From a virus, in the UHGV virus genome UHGV-0276404: a stretch of 14,666 bases of DNA, one strand, 5' to 3'. This document shows positions 1 to 6,883 of this stretch, piece by piece (position 1 is the stretch's first letter; each line of letters opens with the position of its first letter). The position numbers and the translations under genes were made by a program. The notes beneath the pieces were generated by a model. It worked only from the letters and a program-made list of their open reading frames with translations. It had not been told where the DNA came from and made no database searches.

Positions 1-90
1 CAGCAGCACAGCAGCACAGCAGCACAGCAGCACAGCAGCACAGCAGCACAGCAGCACAGCAGCACAGCAGCACAGCAGCACAGCAGCACA
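1..90. repeat. Perfect 8-bp tandem repeat (CAGCAGCA)n, about 11 copies, truncated by the window start
   Basis: Read directly: period-8 repeat from position 1 to 90, ending at gtgatataa. True length unknown because the window begins inside it. Confidence 0.95.
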
Positions 91-105
91 GTGATATAAT
101 TATAA

Positions 106-130
106 TAATGGCCGTAATGCGCGGCCATTA
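106..130. terminator. Hairpin just 3' of the tailspike stop (stem TAATGGCCG / CGGCCATTA, 7-nt loop)
   Basis: 9-bp inverted repeat 106-114 / 122-130 with AT-rich flanks on both sides; lies between the 8-bp repeat and the end of the minus-strand gene at 150. No clean U-run, so strength is uncertain. Confidence 0.45.
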
Positions 131-149
131 CATATTATTCATTATAGCA

Positions 150-3100
150 TTAACTTATTAGATCCGCTATTTTCTTTTCTTGATATGCCATCCTTATTAT
201 TTCAAATTCATCCATACGCATCATGTAAATAGATCTTGTCAATACCAAATTTCCATGTTTATCTTCTTTAATTTCATCTGCACCTTCTATTAATTTAATA
301 ATCCCAAATTCATTAACTGGAATTGGACAAGACTCAATATCAATAGGATAAAAATCACCAGATTCGTTTTCTCTTACCAAAACACTGGTTTCTTCATACG
401 TAATAAGACCATACTTCTTCCAATCAAGACCAGCTTTTGTAATTGCATCCTTAACTTGCTGCGCTACAACTCCAAAATGATATCTGGCATGTTCACTTCC
501 TTTTCGTAATATTTCATCCTTCATCTTCCACATTTGAAATTTTACACTACCCACGGCTTCAATAAGTTCAGTCGGTATATCCGAGAATTCATCTTTGTAA
601 TTAACATCTGAAACAACAGTGACAGCATTCTTGCTATATATGTTATTCCAGTATGCTGTCGTTGTACCATTATTAACTGTTCCTATCTGCCCTGTGGGAG
701 CAAAATAAGGATTATCATTAACTGGATTAGCTATCTCGACAAGAACTTGAGTACCGCCAAAGCTCCCGCCAGGGAACATACGAAACCTGTTTGGTAAGCG
801 ATAGTCATTAGAACCATAAGCATTCCAGCCAGCCCCATTTTCTACAGTACCACGACACCTAAATTCAACAACTTCTTGTATCTGCGGTGTTACATCATAT
901 CCACCACGTATAGACCAGTACTTATTATTGTCAGATTCTCTGCGGGAATCATGAACACGAAAAGCACCATTACTAGCATACTGAATGGCTTTTTTATATT
1001 CTGAAGTATTTTCTGAATACCCCCCCAATATCCAGTTCTCTCCTAATTTAAAGGAAACATCAAAAGCAGAACTTATAGAAGAAAGTGGTGAGTTATTAAC
1101 ACGAGTTGTCAAGGCGGAATTCAATGGTAATTCATTAGCAACCCCACGCGATTGTGAAATAAGAAATATCTGTTTTCCTCGTTTCGAATACACTCCATCG
1201 CTGTACTTTTTATCATTCGAGTATTCCCCACCACTAACTTTATTTGTTATCGCCCACATTCTAAATCCATCGGGATCATCCGGAGCAATACCAGAAGCAG
1301 TAGAAAAAGCGGAATAATTCTTTCCTTTGTAAGTTATAATAGATGCTCCAGAATCCCAATTATCCATAGTTAGAATAATAAGGTCTCCTTCATACATATC
1401 TATACCTTCAGGTTCAAATGAATGGGGGGTCCCATACTTTGGATTATCCATAAGATTTTTGTATCCATAAAGAGAACGAGCCCCCTCAAATGAAAATTCA
1501 GCAAGAATATTACCAGAATAATCAAACTTCTGAATAATATGCAACATAAACGGATGTGTATATCCCCTTAATATATAGATGTACTTACCATCACTGGCAA
1601 CATCTTGAATAACATGAGTATCAGTTCCGCGCTGCGGATGTGGAATCCTGAAATAATACAATGGTCTTGCGTCCAAACTATTGTCAAGGGATTCTACGTG
1701 TATCCTGCTGTAAACAAATACATACCAGGCATCATCATCTGCTGTGCTATCAGTTGCAACAAGAACAACATACCTTCCATCTGAAGATACACACGGGGTT
1801 GCTGAATTATAATTCTGATAAGGATGACCAGAACCAGAATATCCAAAAAGCTGATAAGTAATCACATCAGATTCAGATGTGCTGCTCCCTTTCCAAATTA
1901 ATTTTGAATAACCTTTTCCTCCATCATTTCCTCGATATGTAGGCTGGGTAACCATTTGGGTATAAATAAAAAGGTCATCATCAATAACTATCGTAGATAT
2001 TCCCTGATGGTTATTTAATATTGGTGCAGTGTAAGTAGTATTTTGCACTACTGAACCATCATCAGAAAACGAGTATTCAACCAGCCTGCGCTTCTCTAAA
2101 GCAGCTGCTGTTCCTGTACCAACCCCTGGACCATTCGCCGTAAATCGTACACCAATATTATTTTCAGCAGCCCCTATAGTTGTAAAATCAGTTGAACCTA
2201 TACTTACTATTTCATATTCAATTCCGGTTATGAAGTCACCAGCTGATGTTACTTTAGAGTTGAAGTTTCCACTACCTTCAGCACTGCCAACAACCGTTTG
2301 TAAAATAAATAATTTTTTACCATTATAATTCGCATAAGCACACCCTTGACTTGTAGCCTCACCATTTGGAAAAACTTGGGACTCACCAAAACCCATAAAT
2401 GCTTCCATTAAATGGCGTTGCACCAATGTATTACTGATATTATTACGAAGAGAAAGTAGATGACCAGTTTTGGAAAGAATCATCCCTTCCCCTGTCATTT
2501 TGCTTACATCTACTTTCAACGTATCAACAAGATATACTCCAGGTGGAACATAAGCATTTTCAGGAGCCAGAATAAAAGAATTCGTATCATCAGTTATACC
2601 ATCTCCAACAGCAGCATAATCTTTCACACTTACTGTATCACGCATCTTATCCTGGAACGTTCTGTATACAGCTCCAGCACCATACTGGATAAACCATCCG
2701 AAACCACCGACAACACCAGCAATTGCAGCATCCACATACTTACGCATTGAACGATTATTTACAGCGTCCTGCTCAAGTGATGGATCTGCAAGGTTAGAAA
2801 TTTTGTTTTGCTTTGCATCGTAATATTTTGCAAGCAGCGAGGGCTTCATCAATGCACGTCTGAACCACCCAAAACATCGCTGGATCAGCATCGTCAGGTA
2901 GTCGAATGCATCCTCATGAATTTCGGGGAAAAATTTTCCCTGATTGCGAAGATCAGTCTCCTGCACCACATCAAGCACACGCTCTATCGTAATTCGCCAG
3001 CCAGCAGCAAGCGGCGACGGAAGAACCACTTCACCGCCACTATAAGTGCCCGCTCCAGTTACCTTATAACCGGTATCAAGCACCAATTCTGTTACGTTCC

Positions 3101-3224
3101 CGTTCAGATCAGACACCTGAACAACCAGGTCGGATTTTTTGAAAATACGGAAGGTATACGGAAATGATGTCGTAACTCCGTTACCGGTGTATTCGTTGTG
3201 GTCAACTTCGGTTGAGACCGTCAT
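150..3224 (-). CDS. Tailspike / tail fibre with probable depolymerase: T7 gp17-like N-terminal adaptor, pectate-lyase-like beta-helix, C-terminal intramolecular chaperone (peptidase S74-like)
   Basis: 1024-aa ORF; ATG at 3224 preceded by GGAG 7 nt upstream. N-terminus (EYTGNGVTTSFPYTF...) has the pattern of the T7 gp17 virion-attachment domain. VSVKDYAAVGDGITDDTNSF matches the hallmark start of right-handed beta-helix (Pectate_lyase_3) domains. C-terminus (FQMWKMK...ARYHFGVVAQQVKDAI) resembles the auto-cleaving chaperone domain of endosialidase-type tailspikes. Gene looks AT-rich by eye relative to the terminase region. Confidence 0.85.
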   Translation of the reverse strand: MTVSTEVDHNEYTGNGVTTSFPYTFRIFKKSDLVVQVSDLNGNVTELVLDTGYKVTGAGTYSGGEVVLPSPLAAGWRITIERVLDVVQETDLRNQGKFFPEIHEDAFDYLTMLIQRCFGWFRRALMKPSLLAKYYDAKQNKISNLADPSLEQDAVNNRSMRKYVDAAIAGVVGGFGWFIQYGAGAVYRTFQDKMRDTVSVKDYAAVGDGITDDTNSFILAPENAYVPPGVYLVDTLKVDVSKMTGEGMILSKTGHLLSLRNNISNTLVQRHLMEAFMGFGESQVFPNGEATSQGCAYANYNGKKLFILQTVVGSAEGSGNFNSKVTSAGDFITGIEYEIVSIGSTDFTTIGAAENNIGVRFTANGPGVGTGTAAALEKRRLVEYSFSDDGSVVQNTTYTAPILNNHQGISTIVIDDDLFIYTQMVTQPTYRGNDGGKGYSKLIWKGSSTSESDVITYQLFGYSGSGHPYQNYNSATPCVSSDGRYVVLVATDSTADDDAWYVFVYSRIHVESLDNSLDARPLYYFRIPHPQRGTDTHVIQDVASDGKYIYILRGYTHPFMLHIIQKFDYSGNILAEFSFEGARSLYGYKNLMDNPKYGTPHSFEPEGIDMYEGDLIILTMDNWDSGASIITYKGKNYSAFSTASGIAPDDPDGFRMWAITNKVSGGEYSNDKKYSDGVYSKRGKQIFLISQSRGVANELPLNSALTTRVNNSPLSSISSAFDVSFKLGENWILGGYSENTSEYKKAIQYASNGAFRVHDSRRESDNNKYWSIRGGYDVTPQIQEVVEFRCRGTVENGAGWNAYGSNDYRLPNRFRMFPGGSFGGTQVLVEIANPVNDNPYFAPTGQIGTVNNGTTTAYWNNIYSKNAVTVVSDVNYKDEFSDIPTELIEAVGSVKFQMWKMKDEILRKGSEHARYHFGVVAQQVKDAITKAGLDWKKYGLITYEETSVLVRENESGDFYPIDIESCPIPVNEFGIIKLIEGADEIKEDKHGNLVLTRSIYMMRMDEFEIIRMAYQEKKIADLIS

Positions 3225-3327
3225 GTTAAATCTCCAGATAGTCGCAGCACCCGTTGCGCCGCATATCTGGTCATTCTATTACCTAAAAAACCACATATGG
3301 ATAGACAACCCATAAATACGAACAGAT

Positions 3328-3343
3328 ATTACCTTTCAGGTGA
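3328..3343. promoter_or_regulatory. Operator-like inverted repeat ATTACCTTTCAGGTGA (copy 1 of the ATTACC-N5-GGTRA family)
   Basis: Intergenic, upstream of the 3420 gene. An extra ATTACC half-site at 3288-3293 and the shared string AACCACATATG also occur upstream of the tRNA unit (10708-10730). Confidence 0.45.
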
Positions 3344-3380
3344 TTTGCAAAACGTGCTGGATAGCAAACAAATTATTTGT

Positions 3381-3400
3381 TACTGTATAAATATACAGTT
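3381..3400 (+). promoter_or_regulatory. LexA (SOS) box TACTGTATAAATATACAGTT
   Basis: CTGT-N8-ACAG with an AT-rich spacer, near-perfect match to the E. coli LexA consensus TACTGTATATATATACAGTA; 20 nt upstream of the ATG at 3420 and overlapping a plausible -35/-10. Confidence 0.75.
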
Positions 3401-3419
3401 ATCGTATGGAGAAGATAAG

Positions 3420-3677
3420 ATGCAGCAGTATCACTATCCACTGGAAGACGGATTTACCGAAAGGATTCACACGCCGGGAGGCGTCAGATCACTGGTGGAG
3501 GGATCGCACTTGATGAAATTACTCCGGGATCTCGATAAGGATGGATTTAATGTCGATGGCCCACTTGCCGAACTGACTGCACTGATTAACTACGTCACCA
3601 GGTCACAGATGTCTATGCGGGATCTGCAAACACATCTCGACTATTGTGCCGAACAATTACGAAAACAAACCCGGTAA
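3420..3677 (+). CDS. Small Tum-like antirepressor candidate (85 aa), homologous to the C-terminal domain of the Bro-N antirepressor at 4826-5536
   Basis: ATG at 3420 with GGAG 9 nt upstream. The longer ORF-track start (3297) would place the LexA box and operator inside the coding sequence, so the internal start is preferred. Shares Y..PL..G....IH.P ... G.V..L.E.S.LM.LL..L..DG..V.G..AELT ... LRD.QTH..Y with the Ant C-terminus. Confidence 0.6.
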   Translation: MQQYHYPLEDGFTERIHTPGGVRSLVEGSHLMKLLRDLDKDGFNVDGPLAELTALINYVTRSQMSMRDLQTHLDYCAEQLRKQTR

Positions 3678-3683
3678 ATTTAA

Positions 3684-3701
3684 AGGCCGCAAGAGCGGCC
3701 T
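3684..3701. terminator. Bidirectional GC hairpin AGGCCGC-AAGA-GCGGCCT between convergent genes
   Basis: 7-bp GC-rich stem with 4-nt loop and T-rich flanks on both strands; near-identical to the hairpin at 6553-6570. Confidence 0.55.
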
Positions 3702-4428
3702 ATCGTTTCGCTTTGTGCTCATCCCAGCACGTTTTGCACCATGCCATTAATCCGTCCGCATTTTGATTATTAGGGTAAAAGCTGGTTCGTTTTCTGCGGA
3801 CATTACAAATTGGGCACCACTTCATATGGCGTGTATTCTTTGGGCCATCGAGACACCTTGCACACCACTTAGTCAATCCATCTGGATTTTTTGACGATTT
3901 CCTGAATTTTTCATATGGTAGGTTTATTCTGCATCGCAAGCACTGCTTGCTACCACTTGAAACTCTGTTAGCTGATTCTTCTTTTGGCGGCGATACAGAA
4001 GGTATTCTTGCTGGCTCTGATACTGCCTGAGGTGCTTTTTTAGATGACTGAGACGATATGTCATCACCAGGGAATCTTCCATGATATGCCGGACGCGTTG
4101 ACACTCCAGGTGGAAGCTCAGCTGTAAACGGCTTTGGCTGAATCAGTTGCCTCTCTTTTGCTAACTCCTGCTGTTTATAATATGTCTGGATTACCGCACT
4201 ATCATAAGCAGGAGGTGCGGAAATATTAGGCGCATTACCTCCAGTTTTTTGAAACTGAGTAGAGGTGTGTTCTATCACCTGTGTACGATTAATCGTTATC
4301 TCCCCATCTTCGGTCTTTATCGTTTTGTTATGATTAACGACCGTACGATCAGAGATCTTAGTCTTGTTCTGGTTGATAACGTAAATAATCACCGCAACCA
4401 CACCAACAACTATCCAGAAAACTTCCAT
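3700..4428 (-). CDS. Membrane-anchored protein with four C-terminal CxxC motifs (two zinc-ribbon-like modules); function unknown
   Basis: 242-aa ORF; ATG at 4428 with GAGG 7 nt upstream. N-terminal hydrophobic helix (MEVFWIVVGVVAVIIYVI), then CLRC...WCARC...WCPIC...WCKTC. Transcribed divergently from the antirepressor. Confidence 0.7.
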   Translation of the reverse strand: MEVFWIVVGVVAVIIYVINQNKTKISDRTVVNHNKTIKTEDGEITINRTQVIEHTSTQFQKTGGNAPNISAPPAYDSAVIQTYYKQQELAKERQLIQPKPFTAELPPGVSTRPAYHGRFPGDDISSQSSKKAPQAVSEPARIPSVSPPKEESANRVSSGSKQCLRCRINLPYEKFRKSSKNPDGLTKWCARCLDGPKNTRHMKWCPICNVRRKRTSFYPNNQNADGLMAWCKTCWDEHKAKR

Positions 4429-4447
4429 TGCTTTTCCTCACAATAAC

Positions 4448-4464
4448 ATTACCTTAAAGGTAAT
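4448..4464. promoter_or_regulatory. Perfect 17-bp palindrome ATTACCTTAAAGGTAAT (operator-like, copy 2)
   Basis: Read directly; sits in the divergent promoter region between the 3700-4428 gene and ant. A partial copy (CTTTCAGGTGA) follows at 4471-4481. Confidence 0.5.
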
Positions 4465-4540
4465 ATCTTGCTTTCAGGTGATCAAGCGTTAAACGCAACC
4501 AACCAAATACGGTTGATTTTAATATTTCTTCGCGTTTATC

Positions 4541-4556
4541 ATTACCTTTGCGGTAA
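4541..4556. promoter_or_regulatory. Operator-like inverted repeat ATTACCTTTGCGGTAA (copy 3)
   Basis: Same TTACC-N5-GGTAA geometry, about 270 bp upstream of the ant start. Confidence 0.45.
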
Positions 4557-4825
4557 ATTTACATCGCACTCCTCTTGTGCCATAGTAATCGGGTACTGGC
4601 AAAATCCAGTGCCGGGATTGGCGTCCCGAGTTACTAAGTGGCGCATACCACGCCAGACGTGGTTTTTTTATGCGTTAAGCACAGCTATATCCGAATTATG
4701 GTGGGCTGGGCAGGGGTCCGAAAGGACGCCGGTACCACTTAGGCCGGTACGCCAACCTTGTCCAGTTCACCACCAGTAATTGGCGTTGCGGTGGTGATTA
4801 AAATCACTAAGTGGAGATAACCACC

Positions 4826-5536
4826 ATGGCTAATGCTCAAACTGCCATCTTCAAATTTGAATCTGTTAACCCTATCCGTTCCATCATTATCGATGGCCAA
4901 CCATGGTTTGTAGCCCAAGACGTTTGTAGTGCGCTGCGTATCCAAAACGTCACCCAAGCACTTGAAAAACTGGATGATGATGAAAGGTCTATGTTCAACA
5001 TAGGGCATGAACATCGTGCAATTTTTGACAGCCGAGTAAAAGAGATCAACATCATCTCCGAGTCAGGCCTCTACACACTGATCCTCCGCTGCCGCGACGC
5101 AGTGACACCAGGCACTATCCCCTACCGCTTTCGTAAATGGGTTACAGGTGAGGTTCTTCCTCAGATCCGCCGCACCGGAAGTTACATTAAAAACTCGCTC
5201 CCGCAGGAAGAACGCATAAAGATGGTTGCCGACCAGGTTGCAAACGCCACAGCATCAGCAGTGATGCAGGCAATGAAGATAGAGAACAAAACCTACAGCG
5301 CCCCGCTGAAGCCCGGCTACCGCAGCCTGATTCACTCGCCGTCTGGTGTTCTCGGCCTGACGGAGAACTCACTGCTGATGAATCTGCTGAACCAGTTACA
5401 GGAAGACGGGCACGACGTATCGGGCGCGGCGGCGGAGCTGACCACCATGTTCTGCTACATCGTCGGTGTGAGCAAATGCCTGCGTGATATCCAGACGCAC
5501 GCGGAATACATCAACGACAAGGCAGGGTTCTTCTGA
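4826..5536 (+). CDS. ant: Phage antirepressor with N-terminal Bro-N domain
   Basis: ATG at 4826 with GGAG at 4813-4816 (the ORF-track GTG at 4811 overlaps the SD). N-terminus FKFESVNPIRSIIIDGQPWFVAQDVCSALRI...GLYTLILRCRDAVTPGTIPYRFRKWVTGEVLPQI fits the Bro-N/AntA fold. Confidence 0.85.
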   Translation: MANAQTAIFKFESVNPIRSIIIDGQPWFVAQDVCSALRIQNVTQALEKLDDDERSMFNIGHEHRAIFDSRVKEINIISESGLYTLILRCRDAVTPGTIPYRFRKWVTGEVLPQIRRTGSYIKNSLPQEERIKMVADQVANATASAVMQAMKIENKTYSAPLKPGYRSLIHSPSGVLGLTENSLLMNLLNQLQEDGHDVSGAAAELTTMFCYIVGVSKCLRDIQTHAEYINDKAGFF

Positions 5537-5607
5537 CGGGCGGTGGCACATGGATGTGCTTTTAAATAATTCTGTACGATTGCAGACAGGGTGGTGAATA
5601 GAGTACT

Positions 5608-5623
5608 ATTACCTTACGGGTGA
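5608..5623. promoter_or_regulatory. Operator-like inverted repeat ATTACCTTACGGGTGA (copy 4)
   Basis: Intergenic, downstream of ant and upstream of the leader ORF and terminator that precede the 5753 gene. Confidence 0.4.
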
Positions 5624-5660
5624 TCCATAGCGATTAGGCACCGATACAGGAGGAGCCCAC

Positions 5661-5693
5661 ATGAGAAAATTTGACGAGTACGAAGGCGTTTAA
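5661..5693 (+). CDS. Possible 10-codon leader peptide (MRKFDEYEGV)
   Basis: Strong SD (CAGGAGGAG) 5 nt upstream of ATG 5661; stop at 5691-5693; followed 20 nt later by an intrinsic terminator. Too short to support by composition alone. Confidence 0.3.
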   Translation: MRKFDEYEGV

Positions 5694-5712
5694 CATTCGG
5701 ATAGTTTAATGA

Positions 5713-5737
5713 CGGGGCCATTAGGCCCCGTTTTCAT
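5713..5737 (+). terminator. Intrinsic terminator / attenuator CGGGGCC-ATTA-GGCCCCG + TTTTCAT
   Basis: 7-bp GC stem, 4-nt loop, U-run; ends 5 nt before the SD of the 5753 gene. Confidence 0.6.
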
Positions 5738-5752
5738 GTCTGGAGACAGTTT

Positions 5753-6292
5753 GTGTTAAGTGAAGAAATGCAATTTGCCATGGCTGTGGCTCAAATCGTA
5801 AGTGCAGTCGCGGTTTCGCTTGGCTTGTTCATAGCTATCGCTACTATTATTTATAATGTAAATACAGCGAGAAAAGTACACACTTCAGTATTCCTTGGTG
5901 AAAGCAGGTTTGATGTAGATTATAAGAAAGGCCTATCTACTATGCGCCGCATTCACGAGTCGAACAAATCATTCCGCTCTTATATGTATCCAAGCAATGG
6001 GCAGGCTGATCTTACGGATGAAGAAAAGATAGAGAAGAGAGAAATAATTTACTGTCTAGGTTTCTACGAACGCATGGCTGTGAGCGTGAAGCGGAAAACT
6101 TATGATGAGACCATGATTAAGGAAGTATTTTACAGCTCCGTTGTAAATAACTATCAGATTGCGCTACCTCTTATACAAGCTATTAGAGAAAAAGAAAACA
6201 TAAACACATATTTTAAAGAATATGAATGGTTAGCCACACGATGGAAGGATTGTCCATTGAAGGATAAATCCCCGTGGTACAAGTTTTGGTAA
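5753..6292 (+). CDS. Membrane-anchored moron protein (179 aa), unknown function
   Basis: GTG at 5753 with GGAGA at 5742-5746 (alternative ATG at 5768). N-terminal hydrophobic helix (AMAVAQIVSAVAVSLGLFIAIATIIY) followed by a charged soluble domain; AT-rich by eye. Confidence 0.7.
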   Translation: MLSEEMQFAMAVAQIVSAVAVSLGLFIAIATIIYNVNTARKVHTSVFLGESRFDVDYKKGLSTMRRIHESNKSFRSYMYPSNGQADLTDEEKIEKREIIYCLGFYERMAVSVKRKTYDETMIKEVFYSSVVNNYQIALPLIQAIREKENINTYFKEYEWLATRWKDCPLKDKSPWYKFW

Positions 6293-6316
6293 GCCCGCGG
6301 CGAGGGCTTTTTTGTG
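6291..6316 (+). terminator. Intrinsic terminator AAGCCC-GCGGCGA-GGGCTT + TTTTTG
   Basis: Hairpin directly after the stop at 6290-6292, followed by a U-run. Confidence 0.5.
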
Positions 6317-6385
6317 GACGAAACAAAAGTCAGTGCTACACTCATTGACGCCACATTGAGGTGGCTTATAGATGGAAATGTCACA

Positions 6386-6547
6386 ATGAAAAAAGCATTT
6401 GCTGCACTGTTCGTTTTGTTGTCTCTGGTAGCTTCAACTCAGGCCTTTGCCGGTCGTTGTCAGCACGACAGCGATACTGCCGCTGACGGCTCCCGCTGCG
6501 GTGGGCGTTCTGCGGATTCCCGCCCTGGCGGCGGTGGCATTCGTTAA
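6386..6547 (+). CDS. Small secreted peptide (53-aa precursor with a cleavable signal peptide; ~31-aa mature peptide with two Cys and a Gly-rich tail)
   Basis: MKKAFAALFVLLSLVASTQAFA / GRCQHDSDTAADGSRCGGRSADSRPGGGGIR. The ORF-track start (6314) overlaps the preceding terminator, so the ATG at 6386 is preferred. SD is weak (GGA 9 nt upstream), and the apparent TTGACG / TATAGA promoter lies so close that the mRNA may be near-leaderless. Confidence 0.5.
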   Translation: MKKAFAALFVLLSLVASTQAFAGRCQHDSDTAADGSRCGGRSADSRPGGGGIR

Positions 6548-6552
6548 AAACA

Positions 6553-6570
6553 AGGCCGCGAAAGCGGCCT
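6553..6570. terminator. Bidirectional GC hairpin AGGCCGC-GAAA-GCGGCCT between convergent genes
   Basis: Paralogue of the 3684-3701 hairpin; T-rich flanks on both strands (TGTTTTTAA on the minus side, TTCCTTTT on the plus side). Confidence 0.6.
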
Positions 6571-6582
6571 GTGACATGTCAC
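6571..6582. repeat. Perfect 12-bp palindrome GTGACATGTCAC (copy 1 of 3)
   Basis: Read directly; immediately abuts the terminator hairpin and overlaps the stop codon of the 6579-6875 gene. Confidence 0.9.
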
Positions 6583-6875
6583 GTTCCTTTTCTGAATGAT
6601 AGCCATTCGAAAAATGATGACATTCCACCGCAGACAATAGCAAAGATGATCCCACCAAAGAAGAGAAGGCCAGCCTGCCACCACTCCCACCGCCATACAT
6701 CCACAGCGCCAACCATACCAACAATCGCTCCAACAAATGGAATATAGCTCACGATGAAAGCAATGGGGGCTGCAATTATCCAGTGCAATCCCCACCATGA
6801 TTCAAGCCCAGCCATAATTGCTGCCAACTGAAAAAGACCAACGACGATATAAACAATGAATCCTATCGCTTGCAT
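6579..6875 (-). CDS. Small multi-pass membrane protein (98 aa), last gene of the virion operon; holin-like or immunity-like
   Basis: ATG at 6875 with GGTGA 4 nt upstream. Three to four hydrophobic segments, Trp-rich (WRWEWW). Overlapping alternative-frame ORFs (6434-6736, 6544-6798) are judged spurious. Confidence 0.6.
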   Translation of the reverse strand: MQAIGFIVYIVVGLFQLAAIMAGLESWWGLHWIIAAPIAFIVSYIPFVGAIVGMVGAVDVWRWEWWQAGLLFFGGIIFAIVCGGMSSFFEWLSFRKGT

Positions 6876-6883
6876 GTAGTCAC

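Noticed and set aside
985-3167. Plus-strand ORFs (985-1317, 1661-1861, 2460-2750, 2808-3167) inside the tailspike gene
   Set aside because: Each is fully nested antisense within a 1024-aa ORF that has strong domain signatures. They have no SD and low-complexity or odd composition, so they are treated as shadow ORFs.
3297-3419. N-terminal extension of the Tum-like ORF (ORF-track start at 3297)
   Set aside because: It would place the LexA box (3381-3400) and the operator motif inside the coding sequence. The internal ATG at 3420 has a proper GGAG SD, and homology to the Ant C-terminus begins only after that Met.
4468-5055. ORFs 4468-4779 (+), 4739-5014 (-) and 4837-5055 (-) in or around the ant upstream region and 5' end
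   Set aside because: They have no SD, Trp/Arg/Pro-rich odd composition, and overlap the well-supported ant gene or its operator-bearing leader. The 4440-4825 region is more plausibly regulatory.
6314-6385. Longer start (6314) for the small secreted protein
   Set aside because: The extension begins inside the U-run of the preceding terminator and puts 24 residues in front of a textbook signal peptide, which only functions at the N-terminus.
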